Positions 29,475 through 37,779 of a stretch of 37,779 nt of DNA are shown here, in pieces. Both the position numbers and the translations under genes were made by a program. The DNA lies in NCBI GenBank assembly GCA_044222065.1, contig JBGAOA010000041.1, positions 1 to 37,779 on the forward strand, in the 5' to 3' direction. The notes under the pieces were generated by a model. The model saw only the letters and a program-made list of their open reading frames with translations, ran no database searches and was not told the origin of the DNA. Position 1 is the stretch's first letter, and each line of letters begins with the position of its first letter. This stretch comes from Candidatus Eiseniibacteriota bacterium (GTDB lineage: Bacteria; Eisenbacteria; RBG-16-71-46).

Positions 29475-30731
29475 GTGAAGAACTGCACGCTGTCGCACCT
29501 GGCCGATGACGCGCTCACCCATCGCCTCGCCACTCGCTCGGCCGACGAGCGCGCCGCGCTCGCCGAAGTCGTCGCGCTGATCGGCGAGTTCGATGCCCGC
29601 AGGCTCTACGCCCCGGCTGGCTATTCCTCCATGCACGAGTACTGCGTGCGCGTGCTCAAGCTCTCGGAAGACATGGCCTACAAGCGAACTCGCGTCGCGA
29701 GCACGGCGCGCCGCTTCCCGGCGATCTTCGACCGGCTCGCCGACGGCCGCCTGAACTTGAGCACGGCGCTGCTGCTCGCCCCGCACCTCACGGAGGCGAA
29801 TGCAGAGGCTCTGATCGATGCCGCGAGCAACGGGACGCGGGCCGACGTCGAACAACTGCTCGCGGAGCGCTTCCCGAAGGCCGACGTCCCGACGACGCTC
29901 GTGGCGCTGCCGCCGGCCGGAGCCGCCGTGACGACCGTTTTCGCCCCGGGGCGAAAAGTGAGCGCGCAACTCGTTGCGAACACGAAGTGCGAACATGCTA
30001 CGCAGCATGTTGAGATCGCATCGGCGGCGAGAACGACTCCCCTCGCCCCCGAGCGCTTCGCGCTGCAAGTCACGATCTCGGGCGACACGCAACGGAAGCT
30101 GGAGCACGCGCGCGAACTCTTGAGCCACGCCATTCCCGACAAGAGCATCGAGCACGTGCTGGACCGCGCGCTCGACGCGCTGATCGCGCAGCTCGAGAAG
30201 CGGCGCACCGGCGCGACGGAGCGCCCGGGCCGCCGCACGAGCGACGGCAAGGCGCGCTACGTGCCGGCCGAAGTGAAGCGCGCCGTGTGGGCGCGCGACG
30301 GATCACGCTGCACGTTCGTCGGCACGAACGGCCAGCGCTGCGACTCACGCACGCGCCTCGAACTCGATCACGTGCTGCCGATCGCGAAAGGCGGCGCTTC
30401 GACCGTCGGCAATCTCAGACTGCGCTGCCGCGCGCACAATCAGTACGAAGCCGAACGTGCCCTCGGCGAGCGCTTCATGAAGACGAAGCGCGAGCGCGCG
30501 ATCGAAGCGAAGCAGGAGCGCGAAGCAGCCGAGCGTGATCCCGATTGCAGCGTCGTTCCCTGGCTGCGCCATCTCGGCGTGCCGCTCGAACGCGCACGAC
30601 GCGCCGCCGCGCAGGTGGACGCACTGGGCGATGCGCCCCTCGAAGCACGCCTGCATGCCGCGCTCCGGACGCTCGCACCGGTCCGGGCGGCGGCGGCCTC
30701 GAGCCCCTCGTCGATCGCGTCCGCGCCGTGA
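29475..30731 (+). CDS. HNH endonuclease with a DUF222-like N-terminus, RHH-like segment and RuvA-C-like tail (putative selfish gene)
   Basis: GTG 29475 with GGAG RBS; RRLYAPAGYSSMHEYC; RDGSRCTFVG...C...LELDHVLPIAKGG...NLRLRCRAHN; TG-C-TATGAA extended -10-like element at 29422-29430. Confidence 0.85.
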   Translation: MKNCTLSHLADDALTHRLATRSADERAALAEVVALIGEFDARRLYAPAGYSSMHEYCVRVLKLSEDMAYKRTRVASTARRFPAIFDRLADGRLNLSTALLLAPHLTEANAEALIDAASNGTRADVEQLLAERFPKADVPTTLVALPPAGAAVTTVFAPGRKVSAQLVANTKCEHATQHVEIASAARTTPLAPERFALQVTISGDTQRKLEHARELLSHAIPDKSIEHVLDRALDALIAQLEKRRTGATERPGRRTSDGKARYVPAEVKRAVWARDGSRCTFVGTNGQRCDSRTRLELDHVLPIAKGGASTVGNLRLRCRAHNQYEAERALGERFMKTKRERAIEAKQEREAAERDPDCSVVPWLRHLGVPLERARRAAAQVDALGDAPLEARLHAALRTLAPVRAAAASSPSSIASAP

Positions 30732-30924
30732 TCGGCGCTCGCACTCGCGCGACGACGCGGGTTAGACTCGTCGCGCGCCCGGCCCTCCGCGCGGGTGCTT
30801 CGAACGCCGAACCCATCGCGCATCGCGCCCGATGCGCGCCTGAAGCGCAGCCCAACGACTTGCGCGGCGCCGTGACGCCGCCACGGAGCGCGACCGATCC
30901 CGCGCTCCGCGGAGAACCCGCTGC

Positions 30925-32265
30925 ATGAAGGTTCCCCCGAGCTACCTGCCGCTCGTGCCCGCCGGCCGACTCGAAGAACGCATCGCGGACGCGAAGCCCA
31001 CGTACACGAAGGGCGAGGCGCTCACCGAAGCGAGCCGCTGCCTGTTCTGCCACGACGCGCCGTGCGTGACCGCGTGCCCCACGGGCATCGACATCCCGAG
31101 CTTCATCAAGAAGATCGCGACCGACAACGTTCGCGGCTCGGCGAAGACGATCCTGAGCGCGAATCTGCTCGGGTACTCGTGCGCGCGCGTGTGCCCGGTC
31201 GAGGTGCTGTGCGTCGGCGCGTGCGTGTACAACGCGTGGCACCGCAATCCGCCGATCCAGATCGGCCGGCTCCAGCGCTACGCGGTCGAGACCGTGCTCT
31301 CGAACGGCGCCGCGAGCGGACTGCTGCCGAAGGCCGCGCCGAACGGCAGGAAGGTCGCGTGCGTTGGCGCCGGCCCCGCATCGCTCGCGTGCGCGGGCTA
31401 CCTCGCGCTCGAGGGCTTCGCCGTGACGATCTTCGAGAAGCGCAAGCTGCCGGGCGGCCTCAACACGACCGGCGTCGCACCCTACAAGATGCACGTCGCC
31501 GGCGCGCTCGCCGAAGTCGAGTTCGTGCGTTCCCTGGGCGTGACGATCCGTGAAGGCGTCGAAGTGGGGAAGGACGTGACGTCGAAGCAGCTCCTCGCCG
31601 ACCACGACGCGGTGTTCCTCGGCGTCGGCCTCGGCGGCGATGCGAAGCTCGGCGTTCCCGGCGAGGACGGTCCCGGCGTCGTGGGCGCGGTCGCGTGGAT
31701 CGAATCACTCAAGCTCGCGAACGGCGGCGCGCCGCTCGCCCGGCGCGCGATCGTCCTCGGCGGCGGCAATACCGCGATCGACGCCGCGCGCGAACTCGCG
31801 AAGCTCGGCGTGGCGGACGTGTCGCTCGTCTACCGGCGCACCGCGGCCGAGATGCCCGGGTACGCGCACGAGCTGGAGCACGCGCGTGTCGAAGGCGTGC
31901 GGCTCGTCGAGAAGGCCGTGCCCGCCGCGTTCGTGCGCGACGGCGCTGGCGCGCTCACGGCGCTGAAGCTGGCGGACGGCCGCGAGCTGCCGTGCGACCT
32001 GGTCGTCACGGCGATCGGCCAGGCGAAGCTGCGCGAGTTCGCGGGTCAGTTCGACGGGGTCGCACTCGATCCCAAGGGCCTCGTCGTCGTGGACGAGAAG
32101 ACCTGCCGCACCGGGAATCCGAAGGTGTGGGCCGGCGGCGATGCGCTCGGCGGCGAGCTCGTCGTGACCGCGGTGCAGGAAGGCAAGCGCGCCGCGCGCA
32201 GCATCGCCTCGTCGCTCGGCGTCGCGGTGCGCGCCGATGCGGCGATGACGAAGGGTCACGCGTAG
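30925..32265 (+). CDS. preT: NAD-dependent dihydropyrimidine dehydrogenase subunit PreT (GltD-like)
   Basis: EASRCLFCHDAPCVTACPTGIDIP, CARVCPVEVLC, GAGPA, GGGNTAID; preA is nearby. Confidence 0.82.
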   Translation: MKVPPSYLPLVPAGRLEERIADAKPTYTKGEALTEASRCLFCHDAPCVTACPTGIDIPSFIKKIATDNVRGSAKTILSANLLGYSCARVCPVEVLCVGACVYNAWHRNPPIQIGRLQRYAVETVLSNGAASGLLPKAAPNGRKVACVGAGPASLACAGYLALEGFAVTIFEKRKLPGGLNTTGVAPYKMHVAGALAEVEFVRSLGVTIREGVEVGKDVTSKQLLADHDAVFLGVGLGGDAKLGVPGEDGPGVVGAVAWIESLKLANGGAPLARRAIVLGGGNTAIDAARELAKLGVADVSLVYRRTAAEMPGYAHELEHARVEGVRLVEKAVPAAFVRDGAGALTALKLADGRELPCDLVVTAIGQAKLREFAGQFDGVALDPKGLVVVDEKTCRTGNPKVWAGGDALGGELVVTAVQEGKRAARSIASSLGVAVRADAAMTKGHA

Positions 32266-32360
32266 CGCCGGACGATGGCCCGTTGCGGCGCGGCGCGAGC
32301 GCGCGGCGTCGGCTTCGCGGCGCGCCCGAACGCTGGCGGCCGCGCGGCGCGTAGGGCAGG

Positions 32361-33350
32361 ATGTCCGGCCTTCGCTCCCCCGGTCCGCCACGCGCGCCGC
32401 CTGCCGGCCGCGCTTCCCTCGACGAACGGAGTCGCGTGTTCCGGCTGCTCACGATCCTCGGCGTGCTGCTGATCGCGCTCGGCGCGCTGTGGAACGCGGT
32501 CCACGATCCGCTCGCCGAACTCGACGCGTTCGCCTCGCCGCTCGTGCGCCTCGAGCGTCATCCGCGGCCCGCGATCGGCCCCGGCATCGAGACGTGGGTG
32601 TTCGACGCCGCCTCGGGCGAGCGCGATTCGGCGCTGTGGCGGCCGTCGCCGATCCCGAGCGACACGTGCTGGACGCTCGTCATGCTCGGCGGACTGGGCA
32701 CCGGCGCGCGCGGCGGATTGCTGATCCCCGAGGAGCTGCCGGTGAACGTGCTCGCGCTCGAGTGGCACTGGGAGGGGCCGCGCGCGCCGCGCGGCATGCA
32801 GTTCGTCGAGCACGCGTTCGGATTCCGCCGCCTCGTGCTGAGCGCCCCGGCGGCGCTCGCGCGCACCGTGGACGCGGCCGCCCGTGCCCGCGAAGTCGAC
32901 ACGACACGCATCGCGATCCTCGGCGTGAGTCTCGGCGTGCCGCCGTCGGTCGCGGCGCTCCACTACACGCGCCAGGCGGACGCGGTCGTGCTGCTCCACG
33001 GCGGCGCGTCGCTCGACGTGCTCATGGCGCGGAGCCTCGACCGCGAGCACGTGCCGAAGTGGCTCGCGCGCATCGGCGGCCGCATCGGCGCGAGCTTCAT
33101 CGCGCCGATCGAACCCGCGCTGCAGTCCGCACGCACGCGCGAGATGCCCGCGTTGCTGCTCTCGAGCCGCACCGACGAGATCATCCCGCGCGAAGCCGCC
33201 GAGCGGCTCCACGCGCTGTTCCCGCGCGGCACCTCGCGCTGGGGCGAAGGCCCGCACATCCGCAAGTTCCGCACGGCGCTCATCGACAGCCTGTCGCGCG
33301 AACTCGTGACGTGGCTCGATGCGGGGCCGGGGCGACGCGCGGCGCCTTGA
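32361..33350 (+). CDS. Membrane-anchored alpha/beta hydrolase
   Basis: N-terminal TM; RIAILGVSLG nucleophile elbow, DEIIP, GPH; start uncertain. Confidence 0.65.
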   Translation: MSGLRSPGPPRAPPAGRASLDERSRVFRLLTILGVLLIALGALWNAVHDPLAELDAFASPLVRLERHPRPAIGPGIETWVFDAASGERDSALWRPSPIPSDTCWTLVMLGGLGTGARGGLLIPEELPVNVLALEWHWEGPRAPRGMQFVEHAFGFRRLVLSAPAALARTVDAAARAREVDTTRIAILGVSLGVPPSVAALHYTRQADAVVLLHGGASLDVLMARSLDREHVPKWLARIGGRIGASFIAPIEPALQSARTREMPALLLSSRTDEIIPREAAERLHALFPRGTSRWGEGPHIRKFRTALIDSLSRELVTWLDAGPGRRAAP

Positions 33351-33388
33351 GCGCGCGTCGTCCGGCGCCTCGCCGCCGAAGAAAGCCG

Positions 33389-33418
33389 TGGACACGCGGC
33401 GCGCGGCTCTCCTAGCAT
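33389..33418 (+). promoter_or_regulatory. Candidate sigma70 promoter
   Basis: TGGACA-18-TAGCAT; AAGGAG RBS before ATG 33492. Confidence 0.5.
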
Positions 33419-33491
33419 TCCAGCACCTTCCGGCGGTTCCGCAGCGCCATCCCTGCCACTCGCTCGTTCGTCCCACGGGGAAGGAGCCGTC

Positions 33492-35195
33492 ATGTTTCGT
33501 CCGTACGCGCGCACGCTGTTCACCCTCGCCGCGCTGATCTCGCTGCCGGCCGTCGCTTTCGCGCTGCCGCCGAGTCCGCCCCTGTGCACCGTTCCCGCCG
33601 GCATCGTGCTCGTCGGAGAAACGGGCGGAGTGCCGGATCCGCACGGCGCGTTCACCGTCGTCGTGCGCGACGTCACCGGCGCTCCGGTCCCCGGTGCGGT
33701 CGTGACCATCGAGTTCTTCGACACACCGGAGATGTCGGTCGGCGTTCCGCAGAACCACCCCGGCACGACGCTCGTGGCGTGCGCCCCCGTGCCGCGCGTG
33801 CAGCACACGGCTGACGCGGCCGGTGTCGCGACGTTCGTCGTCACGGGAGCGGTCACGGCGCACGGCGTCGCGACCGGCTGTCGCGCGCACGTGTTCGCGA
33901 GCGACGGCGGGCCGCCGGTCCTGCTCACCGACATCGGCGTCGCGGCGTACGACCTCGACGGCCACCTCGGCGTGACCACGAACGACGTCTACCTGTGGTT
34001 GTGCGATTTCGGCGCCGGGCAGAACCCGTGCTACTCGGACTTCGACTTCACCGGCGGGGTCGGCGCGTCGGATCTGTCGAAGATGGTGGCCGTCCTGTTC
34101 GGCCACCAATCGCTCGAGACGCCGGCGCTGTGCGCGCCTCCGGGCGGCCCGCCGCAGGCGATCGCGACGACGACCGGCGGACTTCAGCTCCAGATCGCGG
34201 ACTGCACCGACGGCGGCTCGCCGAACTTCACTCCGAGCTTCTGCACGGGGCCGACCTCGCGCTACACCGAGTTCGTCGGCAGCCTCAACGCGTCCGACGC
34301 GATGATCAGCTCCGGCATCGCGAACTACACCGGCGTCGAGGCGATCGTGCGAGTCGTGGACTTCAACGGCACCTTCGCGACGCCGCTCGATCCGTTCTGG
34401 CGCTTCGACGCGCCGCTCGGCTGCCACAACGCGGGGTTCTTCCCGGTCGGCGCCGATGGCTCGAACTGCCTCGCCTCGTCCCCGGCCTATGGCGAGTGCG
34501 GCAGCCCCGGCTTTGGCGGCGCCGGGCGCTTCGCGATCGCTCCCGAGCCGGGCGCGCTGAACACGACCTTGCTCCAGCTCTACTCCGTCGCACACGGAGA
34601 CGTGCAGGACAACGCGATCCCCGCGGACAACTCGTACACGCCGCTGTTCGCGTTCCGCATCAACCACAACCTGTCGTGCGCGGGCTGCGGGGACAATCTC
34701 GCGTTCATCCTCGAGTCGGTGCGCCTGACCTCGCTCGCCGACGCCGCCATGGGCTGCGGCTCCTGCCCGATGAGTCCCACGTCGGCAGTCACGCCGGCCG
34801 AGCTCCTCGGCCCGGGTGGCGCGCACACGATCGTGGACGTGACCGGCGACGGCGACGACCCGCGCATCGTCTTCACGGCGGGCGCGGTCGTGGACGCTCC
34901 GATCGTTCCGGGCGGGCGCGTGCTCGCGCTCTCGGACCCGGTGCCGAATCCCAGCTCGGGGTTCACGCGCGTCGAGCTGTCGCTGCCCGAGGCGAGCGAC
35001 GTGGAAGCGGCGGTCGTGGACCTCGCCGGCCGTCGCATCGCGACCCTGCAGCGCGCGACGCGGCTCTCGGCCGGGCCGCACCTGCTCCTGTGGGACGGCG
35101 CGACGCGCGCGGGGCGTGCGCCCGCCGGGCGCTACTTCATCGTGGCGCGCGTCGGCGAACGAACGCTCGTGAAGCCGCTCTCGCTCCGGCGCTGA
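33492..35195 (+). CDS. Secreted multidomain Cys-rich protein: Ig-like domain, dockerin-like Ca loops, Cys-rich domain, T9SS/FlgD-like CTD
   Basis: Signal peptide ending AFA; FTVVVRDVTGAPVPGAVVTIEF; DLDGHLGVTTND and DFDFTGGVGASDL; PNPSS...VVDLAGRRIATL...WDG...AGRYFI. Confidence 0.8.
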   Translation: MFRPYARTLFTLAALISLPAVAFALPPSPPLCTVPAGIVLVGETGGVPDPHGAFTVVVRDVTGAPVPGAVVTIEFFDTPEMSVGVPQNHPGTTLVACAPVPRVQHTADAAGVATFVVTGAVTAHGVATGCRAHVFASDGGPPVLLTDIGVAAYDLDGHLGVTTNDVYLWLCDFGAGQNPCYSDFDFTGGVGASDLSKMVAVLFGHQSLETPALCAPPGGPPQAIATTTGGLQLQIADCTDGGSPNFTPSFCTGPTSRYTEFVGSLNASDAMISSGIANYTGVEAIVRVVDFNGTFATPLDPFWRFDAPLGCHNAGFFPVGADGSNCLASSPAYGECGSPGFGGAGRFAIAPEPGALNTTLLQLYSVAHGDVQDNAIPADNSYTPLFAFRINHNLSCAGCGDNLAFILESVRLTSLADAAMGCGSCPMSPTSAVTPAELLGPGGAHTIVDVTGDGDDPRIVFTAGAVVDAPIVPGGRVLALSDPVPNPSSGFTRVELSLPEASDVEAAVVDLAGRRIATLQRATRLSAGPHLLLWDGATRAGRAPAGRYFIVARVGERTLVKPLSLRR

Positions 35196-35382
35196 TCGCC
35201 CGGCGCGTCCGCGGGCCGTCGTCCGCGGGCGCGGCGGCCGCCCCGCGGCTCGCGGTGCGCGAAGCGATCGGGCTAGAATATCGCCGCGCTTTCACGACAC
35301 CCGCGGCCCCGAGAGCCGCGTTCCTTTCGAGAACCCCGCGCCGCGGCCCGACGCCCGGACGCGCGGTTCGATTCGAGGCTCC

Positions 35383-36741
35383 ATGGCGGATCTCGCGATC
35401 GACTTCGCCGGCATCCAGAGTCCCAATCCCTTCTGGCTCGCGAGCGCGCCCCCGACCAACAGCGGCGACCAGGTCATGCGCGCGTTCGACCACGGTTGGG
35501 GCGGCGCGGTGTGGAAGACGCTCGGCGATCCGATCGTGGACACGTCGAGCCGCTTCGGCGCCGTGCACCTCGGCGATCAGCGCATGGTGGGCTTCAACAA
35601 CATCGAGCTCATCACCGACCGACCGCTCGAGGTGAACCTGCGCGAGATCGCGGAGGTGAAGAAGAAGTACCCGAAGCACGCGGTGCTCGTGTCGCTGATG
35701 GTCGAGTCCAAGAAGGACTGGCAGGACATCATCAAGGCGACGATCGACACCGGCGCCGACGGGATCGAGCTCAACTTCGGCTGCCCGCACGGCATGTGCG
35801 AGCGCGGCATGGGCTCGGCGGTCGGCCAGGAGCCGGACGTGCTGAAGATCGTCGCCGGCTGGGCGGTCGAGTACTCGACCATTCCGGTGCTCGTGAAGCT
35901 CACGCCGAACATCGGCGACATCCTCGAGCCCGGCGTCGCGGCGGTCGAGGCCGGCGCCCACGGCCTGTCGCTCATCAACACGATCAAGAGCATCGTCGGC
36001 GTGGACCTGGACCGGCTCGTCCCGTACCCGGTCGTCGGCTCGCGCTCGACGAACGGCGGCTACTGCGGGCCGGCCGTGAAGCCGATCGCGCTGCACATGG
36101 TCGCCGCACTCGCGCGCGATCCGCGCATCACGGTGCCGATCTCGGGCATCGGCGGCATCGCGACGTGGCGCGACGCGGCGGAGTTCATCGCGCTCGGCGC
36201 GACGAGCGTGCAGGTGTGCACGGCCGCGATGCACTACGGCTTCCGGATCGTCGAGGACATGATCGACGGGCTGTCGAACTACCTCGACGAGAAGGGCATG
36301 AAGTCGGTGAAGGAGCTGCAGGGGCGCGCGGTGCCCGCGTACTCCGAGTGGGGCGACCTCGACCTGAAGTACAAAGTCGTCGCGCGCGTGGACACGCAGA
36401 AGTGCATCGGCTGCGAGCTGTGCTACGTCGCCTGCCGCGACACGGCGGTGAACTGCATCCACACCGCCGCCGAGCCGCTCGCCGCGGGGCACGCCGCGCC
36501 GGGACGCGACGCCGCGATCGCGGCCTCGAAGGCGCGCAACGCGCACGTCGTGTGGGTGGACGAGTCCGAGTGCATCGGCTGCAACCTGTGCTCGCACGTC
36601 TGTCCGGTGCCGGGCGTCATCACGATGACGGACGTCACGAACGGCGTGCCGTTCGAGTCGTGGAACGACCGCATCGCGAAGGGCACGGCGAAGGTGCCGG
36701 GCGGGCTCGACGACTGGCGCGCCGCGCACGGCGTGAAGTGA
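35383..36741 (+). CDS. preA: NAD-dependent dihydropyrimidine dehydrogenase subunit PreA
   Basis: NPFWLASAPPT, NIELITDRPL, ELNFGCPHGMCERGMGSAVGQ, GGYCGPAVKPIAL, C-terminal 2x[4Fe-4S]; TAGAAT -10 at 35274-35279. Confidence 0.93.
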   Translation: MADLAIDFAGIQSPNPFWLASAPPTNSGDQVMRAFDHGWGGAVWKTLGDPIVDTSSRFGAVHLGDQRMVGFNNIELITDRPLEVNLREIAEVKKKYPKHAVLVSLMVESKKDWQDIIKATIDTGADGIELNFGCPHGMCERGMGSAVGQEPDVLKIVAGWAVEYSTIPVLVKLTPNIGDILEPGVAAVEAGAHGLSLINTIKSIVGVDLDRLVPYPVVGSRSTNGGYCGPAVKPIALHMVAALARDPRITVPISGIGGIATWRDAAEFIALGATSVQVCTAAMHYGFRIVEDMIDGLSNYLDEKGMKSVKELQGRAVPAYSEWGDLDLKYKVVARVDTQKCIGCELCYVACRDTAVNCIHTAAEPLAAGHAAPGRDAAIAASKARNAHVVWVDESECIGCNLCSHVCPVPGVITMTDVTNGVPFESWNDRIAKGTAKVPGGLDDWRAAHGVK

Positions 36742-36751
36742 GCGGGCGGCC

Positions 36752-37779
36752 GTGAAGATCGTCGTGCTCGGTGGCGGCCAGCAGGGCCGCGTGATCGCGG
36801 GCGACCTCGCGGGTTCGCTCCCGGACGCGGCCGTCACGGTCGCCGACGTGCGCGAGCCGAAGCTGCCGGCGCTCCCGAACCTGCGCTTCGCCGCCGCCGA
36901 CCTGTCCGACGCCGATGCGGCCGCGCGGCTGATGCGCGAGCACGACCTCGCGGTCGGGGCGCTGCCGTCGCGCTTCGGCTTCCAGACGATGCGCGCCGCG
37001 ATCGCGGCGAAGCGCAACCTCGTGGACGTGTCGTTCTGCGCCGAGGACGCGCTCGCGCTCGACGACGAGGCGAAGCGCGCAGGCGTGACGATCGTCCCCG
37101 ACTGCGGTCTCGCGCCGGGGCTGTCGCACTTCTGCGCCGGCCGGCTCGCGGCCGAAAGCACGCCGGACGCGCTCACGATCTACGTCGGCGGCGTCGCGAG
37201 CGATCCGCGGCGGCCGTACGGCTACGTCGTGACGTGGTCGCTCGACGACCTGCTCGAGGAGTACGTGCGCCCCGCGCGCATCGTGCGCGACGGACGCCCG
37301 GCCGAGACGCCGGCGTTCGCCGAACTCGAGCGCCTGAACGTCCCGGGCGCGGGGGAGATGGAAGCGTTCCTGAGCGACGGGCTCCGCACCGCGCTCGTGA
37401 CGTTCCCGGGCGTGCGCGACATGAGCGAGAAGACGCTGCGCTGGCCCGGTCACGTCGAGGCGGTGAAGCCGCTCGTCGCCTCGGGCCGCTTCCTCGAGGA
37501 GTTCCGCGCGCGCTGCGTCGCCGATCCGCCGGACGACCTCGTCGCGATGCTCGTGCGCGCGCGCCGCGGCGGTGCGGTCCGCGAGGCGCGGCTCGTGTCG
37601 CGCTACGACGCGGCCTCGGGGCTCACGGCGATGGCGCGCACGACCGCGCTCACGACCGCCGCGGGCGCGCGCATGCTCGCGAGCGGCCACGACGTCGGCG
37701 CGGGCGTGCGTCCGCTCGAGCGCGTCGCGACGCTCGCCGGCCCGTCGGCGTACCTCGTCGGGACGCTCGCCGAGCGCGG
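36752..37779 (+). CDS. Saccharopine dehydrogenase / lysine 6-dehydrogenase family protein (runs off the window; absent from the ORF track)
   Basis: Manual translation from GTG 36752: KIVVLGGGQQG...VDVSF...DCGLAPGLS...YVGG...TWSLDDLLEEY...EAFLSDGLRT...EKTLRWPGH...AMARTT. Confidence 0.85.
   Translation, partial: MKIVVLGGGQQGRVIAGDLAGSLPDAAVTVADVREPKLPALPNLRFAAADLSDADAAARLMREHDLAVGALPSRFGFQTMRAAIAAKRNLVDVSFCAEDALALDDEAKRAGVTIVPDCGLAPGLSHFCAGRLAAESTPDALTIYVGGVASDPRRPYGYVVTWSLDDLLEEYVRPARIVRDGRPAETPAFAELERLNVPGAGEMEAFLSDGLRTALVTFPGVRDMSEKTLRWPGHVEAVKPLVASGRFLEEFRARCVADPPDDLVAMLVRARRGGAVREARLVSRYDAASGLTAMARTTALTTAAGARMLASGHDVGAGVRPLERVATLAGPSAYLVGTLAER

Noticed and set aside
29475..30731. HNH gene as IscB/Cas9/TIGR-type RNA-guided nuclease
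   Set aside because: No RuvC motifs, PLMP N-terminus or Nop domain, and no repeat-spacer array nearby.

Overview
High-GC bacterial chromosome segment. It probably comes from Candidatus Eisenbacteria or a related FCB-adjacent lineage; this is inferred from a C-terminal TWGxIKxLYR-type tag, T9SS/FlgD-like C-terminal domains and Cys-rich secreted proteins. The housekeeping backbone comprises efp, argJ, rlpA-like, ricT, holB, ftsE-ftsX-envC, surA, a second PPIase-like lipoprotein, preT, preA and a partial saccharopine/lysine dehydrogenase-family gene. Interspersed accessory genes include an ECF sigma/anti-sigma/ABC module, a PAS hybrid kinase, a PDZ-LytS/LytTR pair, a GT-C glycosyltransferase and an HNH endonuclease with a RuvA-C-like tail. 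The most notable block is a lower-GC segment at about 21.5-25.0 kb. It is bounded by a MITE-like element (21/22-bp inverted repeats, 8-bp flanking direct repeat) and encodes an atypical Glu-His-Ser subtilase. That gene has an (AGAC)8 microsatellite in its signal-peptide region which puts the best-supported start codon out of frame, suggesting a phase-variation switch in the OFF state. One apparently shared Cys-rich domain occurs twice with two different C-terminal tails. EF-P (PGNLR loop) and FtsE (no H-loop His) are non-canonical. No rRNA, tRNA or CRISPR array was seen. All family calls come from motif recognition by eye, not from database searches.
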